From: the human T2T-CHM13v2.0 reference genome, Homo sapiens
DNA length: 64,000 bases
Direction: 5' to 3' (one strand)
NCBI RefSeq assembly: GCF_009914755.1
Contig: NC_060932.1
The notes under the pieces: generated by a model
Seen by the model: the letters and a program-made list of their open reading frames with translations, nothing else
Database searches by the model: none
Told to the model about the DNA's origin: nothing
Shown: piece by piece, positions 15,237 through 33,780 of the stretch
How the letters are laid out: each line of letters opens with the position of its first letter
Numbering within the stretch: the stretch's first letter is position 1
Position numbers and translations under genes: made by a program

Positions 15237-15465
15237 ATGAGCACTTACTGTGTGACTAGGAACTGAACTAAATGCTGCCCCAGAGATCATTCTTATTTAT
15301 GCTCACACCACTCATGAAGCAAACCATTGTTGTTATTTTCATTCTTCAGATGAGGAAACTGACAGTCAGTGATGCTAAGAAACTTGCTCAAGGTCACTAC
15401 AGTAGTTATTGTGGGCCTGGGGTTTGAATTCAGCCTAACTCCAGAGTCTATGACCTTAACCATTA
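15237..15465 (-). mobile_element. MIR
   Basis: GAGCACTTACTGTGTG...CAGATGAGGAAACTGA...CTTGCTCAAGGTCAC...CTTAACCA. Confidence 0.75.
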
Positions 15466-18400
15466 AGTGAAATAAGTGAACATCTTCATGTTCAGGACAT
15501 GTGATGTGTGTGCACACGCATGTGTGTGTGTACAAAATAAAATATTTGAAGCCAACAGGATCCTAAGTCTGGGTGGGTCCTAATGCCAGAGTGCTTAGGG
15601 ACACTTCCTTTTTAAGCAAGATAGTTTGACATTGTCAGCTTTTAATTGTAATTTAATTTCTTGTGTGAACATTATTAAAATGTATTAAAACCAGATCAAA
15701 ACATCCAAGACTTTTATCCCCCTGATTTTTATAGAAGCCCTCTGCTTACAAGCACTTAAAGAGAGATGAATCCTTATTTTTCCTCTGGTAAGTGATTTCT
15801 AAATTCCCGTAGAAAAGCCTTTAAAAAGAAAACTCAACTAGCTGCATTTATGGACTTGAATACCTACACTCTACTAAAATTATTGCCTTTTCTTAATGAT
15901 GTTCCTGACTCATCCTGAAAATTGATCATATATGTATAAGGTGATGCTCACTTTACAGGTGGAGAATGTTGTAGCCACAAGTAATGAAGACTAATATATA
16001 GATATTTAAATCCACATTTTGTCCAGAATTCTCAAGCAGGGAGTTCTAACCTAGCCCCACCCCTCATTCCCTCATTAAGCATTGTTTTCTTAGAAAGGAT
16101 TAAAACTGGTAATATATCTGTAATCAATTAGCTGACATGACTTAAAATTGATAAGTCATTTGATGAATTCTCATCTCAAATTCCGAATGAATAAACAATG
16201 AGAAATGGGAAAGCCTTTGGCAGAGAGAGACTCATTGAATCAGTTAATTAAGGAAAGAGAAAGAGCCAGAGTACAAGCTATCAATATCACCTACATGGGT
16301 CAAGAACTCATCCTTATGTGTGTAATAATAGAGCTACTCATAAACCTGAAATGATACAATTAATTACGGAAGTTATAGAATATTGGAGCATCCTCGGGTG
16401 AAAAATAATTGTGTCTATATTATAAAAGTATGCAACATAACACATTTTATCTGCATTTAACATTTTGTTGGTGTTTCATGCAAATGAAAAAAAAAAACAC
16501 TGTTTTTATGATTTAGCCAAACCATGCTAACTCTAGTAACAACCCTCCCAATCTCAGTGTTTTAATGCAACAAACAGTTGTATCTTGTTGGTATAAATTC
16601 CACTGCATTGTTCTTGGTTGGGTTGTTCCTTAAAGAGGATACTCAGGAATCCATTCTCTTCCTATACTGTTCCAGAGGAAGATGGCTCCTTCATTTTCAA
16701 TACGTGGCTTCAAGGTCACGCTGACGTTGTTCAGACAGTGTTCTGTTGGAAGAGTGAGAGAAAAAAGCATGTACATACAATTCCTTCCAACACACATACA
16801 CTTAACTGCTTTGGTTTGAAAGTGACATAAACCTTCTGCTCACATTCCATTGGCCAGAATTCCTCACACAGTCCCCACCTGGCTTAGTGCTCAGGAAGAG
16901 GAAATAGATTTGATGATCATCTAGGCAATGTCTGTGATGAGATTGGTTCAAAAAATGTACCAGTAAAAATAAAAATAATCCTGTTCATTACATTCCAGAA
17001 AATGAACTGATTAAAGACAAATATGTATGCATCACTTTTCTCTTTACGTAGTGAAGCAATGTGAAAAACATATTAATTGAGCTACTCATGGCAAGACTTC
17101 TCTTTATAAACTTCATACATCTGTCACTAAATTGATATGAAAGAAATATTTGATCTCAGAAAGAATTTTATCTATCATGATGGAATGCTGGCAGCCAAAT
17201 GTATACCTAAAAATTGCTGAAATATTGGAGTAAAAAGGAATAGTTAGATCGATCATCTTAATTTTGTGAAAGCATGCGTACATTTTTCACCTTGGATTCA
17301 GTTGTGTTGGCATTTTATAGGCACAGTTATAAATTTGCCTAAAATACAGAATGGCATTGCAACAAAACTCAGACTCATGGTGTAATCATTGTTTTTTTCA
17401 AACTAAAAACAAAGAATGAAAAATAAAAACCTCTAAGAACAAAATTACTCCATTTAATTAAATTAAACAGACAAAACTTGGAGGCATAGTAGAGATGGCA
17501 AGGAAAGGCCTCAGACCCCTTACCCCCATCCAGGGGAAATATTTGCCAGCCACTCCTATCTTCAGCAAAACTTGAGTTATGATGTAAACTCAAGACTCTT
17601 AAATTTGTGATTAATCCTGGGTGTCTTGAAAATTGGAGAGTGGGTTAGCAAATTCATAGTTCCCCAAATTTGTGCTATCTACTGCTGTTTTCTTGTGGAT
17701 TATAAGCTTGAAGGAAATGTGCTGCCTAGAGATATGAGCTGTGTGTAATTACTCCCACCTGCTGGGTAAAATCTTTATTACATGGGCATTAGACTTCATT
17801 CCCATCGAGGGGTGAGGAGGGGTGCAATATGAACCAACCACACCACAAGGCTTGTGAACATCCTTCCTCTATGGTGTCTCCTGACACTTCTTTCCAGCTT
17901 CCAAATGTGATACAACTTTGACTGGAAACTGTGAACCAATGTGTATCCAATGAACCAAGGGAGATTTAGCTCCTTAAAAGAAAATTAAATGTAGAAAGAT
18001 GTGGAAGGATCAATGAATCATATTTATCCAATAAGTGGTTCAACAATTACAAGAGCGAGACAGGAAGGGAACCCTTCCAGGAAGAGAGGTCCTCAGCTCT
18101 GGTTTTCCAGCCTAGAGACCCATGTGGCAGGAACTTGGCCTTCATCATTGAATACCCTGCATACACCCTTCCTCAAGCCTCCTTTGTATGTGTGAGAGCA
18201 CTGACTTCAGAAACAGAAATGAGTTTCCAGCCCTCAAGGGAACTGTTTGCTAAAGATTGGCAGGAGCCCACAAGACTACGACACAGTCTTTGATGAGCTG
18301 GCTCTCCAAGTGTGGGCAGACTTTTGTTTCTAAGTTATTGGGAGGCTTTCTGTGGGTATAAAACCTGCAAAAAACACAAGCATCAATGTTGCTATATTAA

Positions 18401-20060
18401 TAACTGCTTTCATCCTTGGCAAGAAGAAAAAGAATGTGGGGAAAAGAGTCAGGCGCAAACATGGTTTGAGTTTTATTGTCTTTTACTTGCTCACTGCCTA
18501 CACCTCCCACCAGTAGCTTTGGAAAGAGAGTTTCAGAAATGTTATCTTATGTTTTTTATCCCTAAGAATGGGGTCATAGTCTTCAATTGATGCCTAAAGT
18601 GTTTAACTACTCCTTCTTAATTTACTCGCTCTGCCCAGGAAGAAAACAGACATAACTTGCAAAGGTGGAAACACTGGTACGTTAGGAATATCATTCATTT
18701 TCGGATTCTTGGCCCTTGAGTTTCACTGTTACTTAATTGACAAAGCTGAGCTGTTTCATTTCACGCTAGGAAGTCTTTGGTTAAATTGCAGGCTTGGGTT
18801 TCTGTCCTTTGGCAGTGGAAGTAAAGAGAAATCAGAAGCAATGTAGCATTTATGAACCACTGGCTCCTCTAACTGCCTCTGTGGCTTCAAATCCTGATGA
18901 TGTCAATTGTGGTTTGTGTATATGTACGTGTGTGAATGTGTACACACATGTGAGTGCGTGAACATTCAATTCATTTCTCATTTTTGTTCTCTCTCTTTTC
19001 CCCTCACCTCCGGACCTTTTCATCCTTCTTTATGTTCTGTTGCCTTCATCTCTTAGTTTTTCTATTCTATGCCCCTTTTGTTTCTACTCTTTTCATCTGA
19101 CCTATTATTATGTCATCAGCTATAAGCACCATGGAAAACACTAGTTTCATCATCTCCATCTGAAAGAAAAAAAAAAAACTCAACAAGGGAGAAGCTGAAT
19201 ATATCTGTCTTCAGTATCTATCTTTGAATTTGGAATGCTTCCTGCCAAGAAAATTATATTCTGAAACTCCTTAGATCTTGCAGTCTTCATGAAGCACACC
19301 AGCCAATAGCTGCCTCCTGACATCAGCTCAGATATCTGGTTGACTTTTGCTGCTAGCTCTTCCAGCCAATGAAAGTAGATACCTTAGGCCAGTGTTCCCA
19401 GACATTTAGGTTTTATGGGATAATAAAATCTCCAGGAGCAAAATGAAGAGGCTGATATATTGCCTTCTCTTTAAATTTTAACACTTTTGAAAAACTGCCA
19501 TCTACACACTACCGCTTTTTACATTTTAACACTTTTTTAAAACTACCATCCATTGTCATCATTATTCCATAAAAAGAGGTATTTTAGGAAGGATACTCAC
19601 AACATAAGTCGGATAAATTTAGCAATTAAAAAAGCACTGCTTTACTTTTATCTTCTCCTTTAATCAAAGATGGGATATGAATATCAACCAGCATTGATCC
19701 AATTTTAGGCCCTTAGTTCCAATAAAATTGTTCCTTTTCCCATATAAATGGTTATGCCTTTGGGCCAATTGCTCTGTCTCTCAGAGGTTATTATATCCTG
19801 TTGCCTCTATATTGAGGATTGCTGTTTCATCTTTGGAGTTACAATGTCCCAAAGGGATCACTGATACATTCTTAGCTCCAGTATATAAATAGAGGCACTA
19901 AGAAATAAAATGAGAGGGTTTTGACACCTCTCCCTCTCCCCCACCCCCCAACACACACAAACAAGTAAATGGGTTAGCTTTTATTTCTACAATTGCACAG
20001 CATATTTAGTGAGAGAGGGAAGTTGGAGGTGGGTATCACACATGTAAGATATTGCCCTTA

Positions 20061-20363
20061 TTTTTTTTTTTTTTCAGAGACAGTATCTCATTCTGTTGCA
20101 CAGGCTGAAGTGCAGTGCCTCGAACATAGTTCACTGCAGCCTTGAACTCCTGGGCTCAAACAATCTTCCTACCTCAGCCTTCTGAGTAACTGGGACTACA
20201 GGCATATGGCCACCATGCCCAGATAACTTTTTAAAAACATTTTTGTAGAGATAGAGTCTCACTATGTTTACCAGGCTGGTGTCAAACTGCTGGCCTTTAG
20301 TGATCCTCCCATTTTGCCCTCCCAAAGTGCTGGGATTACAGGTATGAGCCACTGCACCTGTCC
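20061..20363 (-). mobile_element. AluJ
   Basis: Poly(T), then antisense Alu with CTCCTGGGCTCAA. Flanked by GCCCTTATT repeats. Confidence 0.9.
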
Positions 20364-23300
20364 TGGCCCTTATTATTGAGTAGATTGTAGTCTAATGAAA
20401 ACATATGAGTATAATAAACAAAAGAAAAAAGAAAACATATTTAGCCAATTCATAGCAAAAGGCAGACAGAAGTAGATGCTGAATAGAGAAACAAGACTGT
20501 TAGAGGGCAGAGAAAGGAGTAATTCATTTTGCTGGAAGAATCAAGGAAGCAATCACAAAGGTTTAATGTGTAATTCTGAATTTATGTGATTGCTATATAA
20601 TCATTCTGTTTCATGGCTGCAGTGTAAGCTGTGTGAGGGCATTGTTTGTATCAGATGTCTGAACCTCTTTATCTCATCCCTTATCATAGTGTCTGGTATC
20701 TAGTCTATAACCCATAATATCTCCTGAATAACTGAATGGGTGCCTACAATGATAAGTGGTGTGAAAGATACCAAGAAAATCAAGTATCATTCATTGCCCC
20801 GAAAGCACCTGTGAGCACATAGGTTTGCAAACATGCCACATGTGTTCGGTCAGCCCATTGCTTGTGTACATGATCATAGATGGTCATAGGGATTTACTTC
20901 ATTCTGAAATGGAATAATTTCATCCTCACCCTGCTTTACCTTAGGTAAAGATTTTGATGCCATTTTTATTAAGACATTTACTTGGAAGTAAATGTCATGC
21001 TGTGAAGAGCCATTATAGACAAATATTGTAGCCACTTGCCAAGTAATGACTTATGCTGGGAAGTTGCTTAAAAGGCTGATTTTATTCATTTTATTTGCTA
21101 TACCCTTGTGCTACTTAGAGAAGGGTAGAGAATGAGAGAGGAGCAATATGTTTTGTTCTCTTTTTTTTCATAAATCAGTAATTATTTGCAGAGTGTTTTG
21201 TGTAAAGTGCTCAGCTCACAACTGGAAATAGAATCCTGGGTTAGACAGTGGCCATAGTGATATTTACATATCTCCAGCTTGTAGTTTGCCAATTGAAATG
21301 CAGACATATGCGGAAATTGCCTCATTGTCATTCCTTGTTTTTGTAATATTATCCTTGGCTCTACGGATTCATTTTTTTTCTCCTTCTACTGTCAACACTG
21401 TTTTAGCAGTGAGTTATATTATCCGGTGACATCAGAGAAGCAAAGCTACATGTGTCAGCTTGGCAGGAATTGTCCACTTACAGCAAATTTGTGACAAGTT
21501 GTATTTTTCTACCATTTTCACCTGGAGTGACGAAGAATCTACAGTTGAGGGAGACAACATGGACCTCCCCTGATGGTAACAGTGCTATGTCCAATTGAGC
21601 TGCTGTTGCTTCAGTACCAAAGAGGAAGGAGCTGGTGATCTTTGAATAATCCTTCCCCTATGAAAAGTAGGAATGTATCCCCAGAGTTCATTGTCTGTAT
21701 CTGTAGGTAATGGAGGCTTAACTGGCATTAAAATCATAGCCAGTTTCAGACCCATTAAGTTTAATGGTTTTTGTAATGATAGGCTGCAACTGATGGAATA
21801 ACCAAAAGAACAATTCATGGACTGTTTATGGAAGAATACCTTCACCATTCAAAATGGACATTAAACTATGGCTGGTTTCATTGCAAGGCAAAAGTTCCCT
21901 CTTTATCTTCTAGTTAGGTCCACGTGCAGCCCAGGAGGTATGTAAAAGCTATACTTTAGGAGAAAAGTTGACTTGAAGCTTTTAAGCTAATGAGTTTGAA
22001 CTTGGCATGTTTTCTATTATCATTGTCTTTAATCAGTGGTGTTATATAATAAGGAGCTAATAAATTAATCTAAGTGTAAGTCAAATTAATATAAGTTAAA
22101 GTCAAAATCCAGCTAGGCAAAGCCAGATAGGCATATTAAAATGGCAGCCCCTACCCCAATTCCTTGATAATCCATTAAAAGTAGAAAGTTTTGGTTAGGA
22201 AGCCACCTCCTGTTACGTAAATCAGAATGTAAGAGCCATGAGATTAGGGATTTTCATTTGTTTTATCCACTTTTATATCCTCAGTGTCTAGAAAAATGCT
22301 TAGCATATTGCAGGCACTCTGCAAATATTGAACATACGGGGTTGATGAACATATAACCCATTTTGGTTGATGTAGTTTTATTTCTTAAGAGGTAAAAATT
22401 CTTTCAGAAAAAGAAAAGTAATCATTTCTACAAAATAACCCTCCACTGGTTGATATTCTTCCCAGATCTACCTTTCTTCACACAGATCTTTTTTTAAGAG
22501 AAAACCACAGGGATATGTGGCTGGTGCAATCAATGATAGGTTTGGGATATGATAAAATGTAGGAAATGGCTAAATGGGAGAGTACATGATTTATAAAATA
22601 GAATTTAAAATAACAGCCCTCAACAGCAGATCTTTGCCAGCAGCACATGATGGGAAAATATAAACCCCATTCTGGGGATGGCATCTGGTACAGATTGAGA
22701 AATAAATTGGGCAGCGAAACAGAATGTGTCTTCAGTGGTCCTTAAGATCAAACCACCAATGATAAGCATGGATCATTGGAGCCTCCACCTTGCTCTTTTT
22801 GAAACAGCTAAAATCAGCAAGGGAATGAAAAGGAAATGGCTTTATCATCTGTGAGCAGCTTGCCCCTCCCTCTGGAGATCCAAATCTCCAAACATGCATT
22901 TTGATATACTTTGGGAGTTCTCTTTATCTAGTAATTTCATTTAGGGGAAAAAAATATAGCTCTCCCTGCCCACATCCCACATTGTTACATCACTGATTCC
23001 TCACCATGCTAACACATTCAATAATCTGACGTGCAACTCAACTAGAAGAGCAATCACAGCCAGTGATGGGCCGGCATCATGGAGAGTAAAGACAAATGGA
23101 AACAATAATAACTGTGGAAGAAGCAGATCTCAAATGGGAAACTCAATCCCAGTGATCAGGGAAAACTCCAAAGGAAGGATATGAGTTCAAAAAAATCAAT
23201 TCAACAAAAACTTATTGTCTGTCTACCATGTATCAGGCATGGGGATATATTACTGGTCAACACAATGTGCTTTGCTGCCTGGTGCCTGTGTTCTGATATC

Positions 23301-24715
23301 TGGTGTGCATGTTCTCAATGGTATTGCAAGTTGCATTGGGCTAGAATCATGAAGTCTTATCAGGGGATTTACTTGAAATTAAATTAGTCCCATTCTTGTG
23401 GAAATCTGGAGCTGGCATATGCATGGAAGTGAAGGTCTTGTTGCTGGTTGAATTTAGTGCCCTCTGCAATGAAAGCCAAATCCCAACTTTAGTCTGTGAC
23501 TGGGGGGCCTTCTACAAAGAGAATGAATTTTAACAATTAACCAACAATCTAAATTCTTGGAAAGTGAAAGTTTCTAAAACATAAAATCCATGAAGACAGA
23601 ATTAGAAAATCAATGTGTCCTTTTTGGAGGAAGAGGAAAGCCGCTGGCTGACCACGTCACTTTCATGTTTCTACTCAAATCTTATCAACAAGGCCTTTGT
23701 TGACCATTCATCCCCTTCCTAGGCCCCCTTATTTCTATGTCTGTCTTGTATCATCTGACACATTGTAAATGTCCTTATTTATTTGCTTACTGTCTGTCTC
23801 TTCACTCTGAAATATAAATTCCATCATGTCAGGGACTTTTTCTTCATCTTCCTCAAATGATGTTTGAAGCCTCCCATCTAATGCTGAGAGGTATTTCCCT
23901 AGTAGCCCTGTCATCACTTTCCTACCACTGTCCCTGTTGCCACATAATTTAAGATTCCCTGTGGCCAATGCTGATGTCATTATCATGGACGTCCTTAGGA
24001 AACGAAAATAATTTAAGCTTCTAAAATGGGCAAATTCGATGTAGAGTTGATGGGTACATCACACACCCATCTAGAAAAGAGCATCTCAGGTTGGTACCTG
24101 AAACTTGGTAGACTCCACCCCAAGTCACATGGCCAACTGATGTGTTACTTCTTAGACATCCTGCTTTCTCTGTCCATAGGCCTGGTTGGGTGGTCTTTTT
24201 CAGATACTAAATCATGGTACAATTGGTTTTCATAAAACTAGTACTCTAATTCTACTTTTCCAGTAGCCTTGAGTAAAGGAATGTTGAAAACTTGTAGTGA
24301 TGAAACGTGTAGGATTTGCGATTTGTCGGAGTAGGGACAAAACTATTTGAGAACATAGTCCAGCTGACCAAAAGAAAATAAGTTCTCATATTACTAATAA
24401 CTTTTAGGGATCCAATAGGCTCAAGAATTCTGAGGTTGGGTTTGACAGTGATTAGTGTAAATTAAGTAGAAGTAGTTAAGAAAGTGGCTGAAATTGAAGG
24501 ATCGGTTGTGGTTAGTAAATATGGAGGATTGAAACACAATGCAAACTTGATAATTAATAACCTTCATTTAATTCTAACTAAAAGCCCACTTTCTGGTCCA
24601 AAGTTGGAACTAAGAATGAATTCTTTTTACTCTGAGAGGATATTTACAAAGAAAACACAAACACACAAACTATGGGTAACACAAAAGCAAACTAGAATGA
24701 TTTATCTTATTATTC

Positions 24716-25160
24716 TGTTATGGGTTGAATTATTTCCTCAAAAAATATATGCTTGTCTTAACCCCAGTGCTGCTGAATGTGACTTTATTTGGAAATAGAG
24801 TCTTTGGAGGGGAATTAGTAAAGATGAGGTTATACTCAAGTAAAGTAGGTCCTTAATCCAATACAACTGGTGTTCTTATTGAAAGAGAAAAGACAACGTA
24901 AAGACATAGACACACAGGAAGAACACCATGTGAAGACAGGCAGTGGTCAGAATTATGTATCTACAAGCCAAGGAATGCCTGAGGTTACCAGAAGCTGGAA
25001 GAGGCAAGGATCCCCTCCAGAGCCCTTAGAGGAAGCAGGGCCCTGACAACACTGTGATTTCAGACTTCTCTCCTCTAGAACCATTAGACAATAATTTTCT
25101 GTTGTTTGAAGCCACCAAATCTGTGATACTCTGTTACACAAATCCTAGGAATTTGATACA
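24716..25160 (+). mobile_element. MaLR solo LTR (MLT1B/C-like)
   Basis: TGTTATGGGTTGAAT...AAGCCAAGGAATGCC...CCAGAAGCTGGAAGAGGCAAGGA...GATACA. Confidence 0.85.
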
Positions 25161-25741
25161 CCTTCCTAGACCCAAGTGGGGAAGAAAAGGGAGAAACAGG
25201 TTTAGAGGTGGAGTAAAAGGTAACAGCTTCTCACAACTTGAGGCGAGATGCGTATGCTGATGGCAGAGAAAGGAGTTGGCATTTTCTGAAAGCCTGTCAG
25301 ATCCCCTGCTTTGTCTGGGAAGGGGAGGAATATCCACAGCGTCTTAGCAGGTGAAATGCAGCAGCGAAGACCAGGTGCCTGTATTGTTGCCTCTGGTTGT
25401 GCAGATGAAGAGTCATTAGGCTGACCTCATCTATGGACCCAACTGGAATTAGCCCTGACTCTAGAGCCACTGGATGTTCAGGCAAAACTGACCCTAAAAT
25501 TCTTTTTAAATGCATTGCTTAAGCCAAGCATTCTCTTATTCAAAATCAAGCTGCTGCATTTTCATGTAGCATGAAATGCAATTTTCTATTTAAGGTGTTC
25601 AACTAACTTAGGGATAGGTTGATGGCCAAACAAAGAAGGTTTCATTAAGATGGAAATGATTTGGAGTATCTAGTCTCCAAAGTGATTGCTCTAGAGACAT
25701 TTATCAATCCACCGGTGGCTTCTAGTCGATATTTGGTTTTA

Positions 25742-25816
25742 TAGGTTGGGGCAAAAGTAATTGCAGTTTTTGACTTTTTAATTGCAAAACCGCAGCTACT
25801 TTTACACCAACCTGAT
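25742..25816. mobile_element. MADE1 (Hsmar1-derived MITE)
   Basis: TAGGTTGGGGCAAAAGTAATTGCAGTTTTTG ... CAAAACCGCAGCTACTTTTACACCAACCT; terminal inverted repeats. Confidence 0.88.
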
Positions 25817-26265
25817 AATATTCCCCAGATCCTTCCCTGCTTCCTCTCATTAGTAACCAGAGCAGGCTGAGAATCACTTACCTGTCTCTTGTGTTCCACA
25901 ATGCACACTTTGACCCCATCTAGTCTCTTCCAATATCATTTACTCTTGTCCATTAGCGGATTTTCTTTACTTCCTGTGTGTCTAGCTTGTTGGGGGGATA
26001 GGGAGGAGAGGAGAGGCTGAGGATATTTTTTCTGTGTGTGTGTAAAGGTTATTCAAATTCTTTATCACTTGCTTTTGCTTTTTAGGAAGAAAAAAACATG
26101 AATATCTTATAACACTATTTTTTAAATGAAATTGTTCAGCAAATTATACTTAATTATATTTTTAATTTTAAGTTCTGGGATACATGTGCAGAACATGCAG
26201 GTTTGTTACATTGGTATATGTGTGCCATGGTTGTTTGCTGCACCTATCAACCCGTCATCTAGGTT

Positions 26266-26733
26266 TTAAGACCTGCATGAGAGGGTGGAGCCAAGATGGC
26301 CGAATAGGAAGAGCTCCAGTCTAGAGCTCCCAGCATGAGCGACGCAGAAGACAGGTGATTTCTGCATTTCCAACTGAGGTACTGGGCTTATCTCACTGGG
26401 GAATGTTGGAAAGTGGGTGCAGGACAGTGGGTGCAGCGCACCCAGCATGAGCCAAAGCAGGGAGAGGCATTGCCTCACCTGGGAAGTGCAAAGCGTCAGG
26501 GAATTCCCTTTTCTAGTCAAAGAAAGGGGTGACAGACGGCACCTGGAAAATCGGGTCACTCCCACCCTAATACTGCACTTTTCCAAAGGTCTTAGCAAAC
26601 GGCACACCAGGAGATTATATCCCACGCATGGCTTGGAGGGTTGTATGCCCACAGAGCCTCCCTCATTGCTAGCACAGCAGTTTGAGATCAAACTGCCAGG
26701 CGGCAGTGAGGCTGGGGGAGGGACGCCCGCCAT
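26266..26733 (-). other. L1 antisense ORF0 homolog, C-terminally extended (155 codons)
   Basis: MAGVPPPASLPPGSLISNCCASNE...RVGVTRFSRC matches primate L1 ORF0. ATG at 26733-26731, lying inside the 340-aa open antisense frame 27288-26266. Expression unknown. Confidence 0.7.
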
Positions 26734-27308
26734 TGCCAAGGCCTGAGTAGGTAAACAAAGCGGCCAGGAAGCTCGAACTGGGTGGAGCCAACCGCAGCTC
26801 AAGGAGGCCTGTCTGCCTCTGTAGACTCCACCTCTGGGGGCAGGGAATAGCCAAACAAAAGGCAGCAGAATCCTCTGCAGACTTAAATGTCCCTGTCTGA
26901 CAGCTTTGAAGAGAGTAGTGGTTCTCCCAGCATGCAGCTGGAGATCTGAGAACGGACAGACTGCCTCCTCAAGTGCGTCCCTGACCCCTGAGTAGCCTAA
27001 CTGGGAGGCACCCCCCAGTAGGGGCAGACTGACACCTCCCACAGCCAGGTACTCCTCTGAGACAAAACTTCCAGAGGAGCGATCAGGCAGTAACATTTGC
27101 TGCTCACCAGTATCTGCTGTTCTGCAGCCTCCGCTGCTGATACCCAGGCAAACAGGGTCTGGAGTGAACCTCCAGCAAACTCCAACAGACCTGCAGCTGT
27201 GGGTCCTGACTGTTAGAAGGAAAACTAACAAACAGAAAGGACATCCACACCAAAACCCCATTTGTACATCACCATCATCAAAGACCAAAGGTAGATAAAA
27301 GCAGAAAG

Positions 27309-28319
27309 ATGAGGAAAAAACAGAGCAGAAAAACTGGAAACTCTAAAAATCAGAACGCCTCTCCTCCTCCAAAGGAATGCAGCTCCTTACCAGCAATGGA
27401 ACAAAGCTGGATGGAGTACGACTTTGATGAGAGAAGAAGGCTTCAGACAATCAAACTACTCTGAGCTAAAGGAGGAAGTTTGAACCCATGGCAAAGAAGT
27501 TAAAAACCTTGAAAAAAATTAGATGAATGGCTAACTAGAATAACCAATGCAGAGATGTCCTTAAAGGACCTGATGGAGCTGAAAACCAAGGCACGAGAAC
27601 TACGTGATGAATGCACAAGCCTCAGTAGCTGATTTGATCAACTGGAAGAAAGGGTATCAGTGATGGAAGATGAAATGAATGAAATGAAGCAAGAAGAGAA
27701 GTTTAGAGAAAAAAGAATAAAAAGAAATGAACAAAGCCTCCAAGAAATATGGGACTATGCGAAAAGACCAAATCTACATCTGATTGGTGTAACTGAAAGT
27801 GATGGGGAGAATGGAACCAAGTTCGAAAACACTCTGCAGGATATTATCCAGGAGAACTTCCACAATCTAGCAAGGCAGGGAACATTCAAATTCAGGAAAT
27901 ACAGAGAACGCCACAAAGATACTCCTCGAGAAGAGCAACTCCAAGACACATAATTGTCAGATTCACCAAAGTTGAAATGAAGGAAAAAATGTTAAGGGCA
28001 GCCAGAGAGAAAGGTCAGGTTACCCACAAAGGGAAGCCCATCAGACTAACAGCTGATCCTCTCAGCAGAAACTCTACAAGCCAGAAGAGAGTGGGGGCCA
28101 ATATTCAACATTCTTAAAGAAAAGAATTTTCAACCCAGAATTTCATATCCAGCCAAACTAAGCTTCATAAGTGAAGGAGAAATAAAATCCTTTACAGACA
28201 AGCAAATGCTGAGAGATTTTGTCACCACCAGGCCTGCCCTAAAAGAGCTCCTGAAGGAAGCATTAAACATGGAAAGGAACAACCAGTACCAGCCACTGCA
28301 AAAACATGCCAAATTGTAA
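27309..28319 (+). pseudogene. LINE-1 ORF1p (RNA-binding chaperone), disrupted
   Basis: ATG AGG AAA AAA CAG AGC at 27309 and the typical ...GCC AAA TTG TAA end. ORF fragment MMEDEMNEMKQEEKFREKRIKRNEQSLQEIWDY. Small deletion near 27430 and TGA stops break the frame. Confidence 0.92.
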
Positions 28320-28382
28320 AGACCATCAAAGCTAGGAAGAAACTGCATCCACTAACGAGCAAAATAACCAGCTAACATCATA

Positions 28383-32193
<3,811 letters not shown>

Positions 32194-33119
32194 ACAATGA
32201 GAACACATGGACACGGGAAGGGGAACATCACACACTGGGGCCTGTTGTGGGGTGGTGGGAGGGGGGAGGGATAGCATTAGGAGGTATACCTAATGTTAAA
32301 TGAGGAGTTAATGGGTGCAGCACACCGACATGGCACATGTATACATATGTAACTAACCTGCATGTTGTGTACATGTACCCTAAAACTTAAATTATAATAA
32401 AAAAATTAAAATATAAAAGACCTGCATGCATTAGGTGTTTGTCCTAATGCTCTGCCTCCCTTTTCCCCCCATCCCTTGACAGGCCCTGATGTGTAATGTT
32501 CCCCTCGCTGTGTCCATGTGTTCTCATTGTTCAACTCCCACTTATGAGTGAGAACATGCGGTATTTAGTTTTCTGTTCCTATGTTAGTTTGCTGCGGATG
32601 ATTATACTTAAATATTTTTAAACAAGGCTTTAGACCTAAATCCATCAAAATAAACCACTTTGCATGAAAAAAAATCATGGGACCATTTCAGCATGTTCTA
32701 TAGGTGGGCTGATTTAAATGATTTCCTTATACATCTCTTTCTGCTTGTGCTATTGAATAATTGAGAAGTTTGCAGGGGGTGTGGTGCCTTGCACAGACCG
32801 AGAAGGAAGAGAAAGGAAGCAACACTTGCAAAAGGACTTTGTTGTGTACAGTGATAGAATGCTCTACCTGTGTTACTCATTGAATCAGGAGGATTGTTGA
32901 AGGAGAAGGGCTCTCTGGAATTGTAATCTGAAGAATGAGGGTTATTCATCAGGAAAAGAGGGCAAGGCAAGGGGAGGGGGAAGCATAGGAGAAGAAATAA
33001 AAGGCCCAGAATTCTGAAAAACTCCATGCTAAAAGACCCAGAATTCCGAAAAACTCCATGTCAGCAGGATCAAAATAAATTTTGTGGAATGGTTACTTAG
33101 ATTGAGAGAAGGACTAATG

Positions 33120-33780
<661 letters not shown>

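Noticed and set aside
23452-23472. CTCF-like motif (minus strand TTGCAGAGGGCACTA)
   Set aside because: It lacks the conserved 5' CC of the core motif and cannot be supported without ChIP data.
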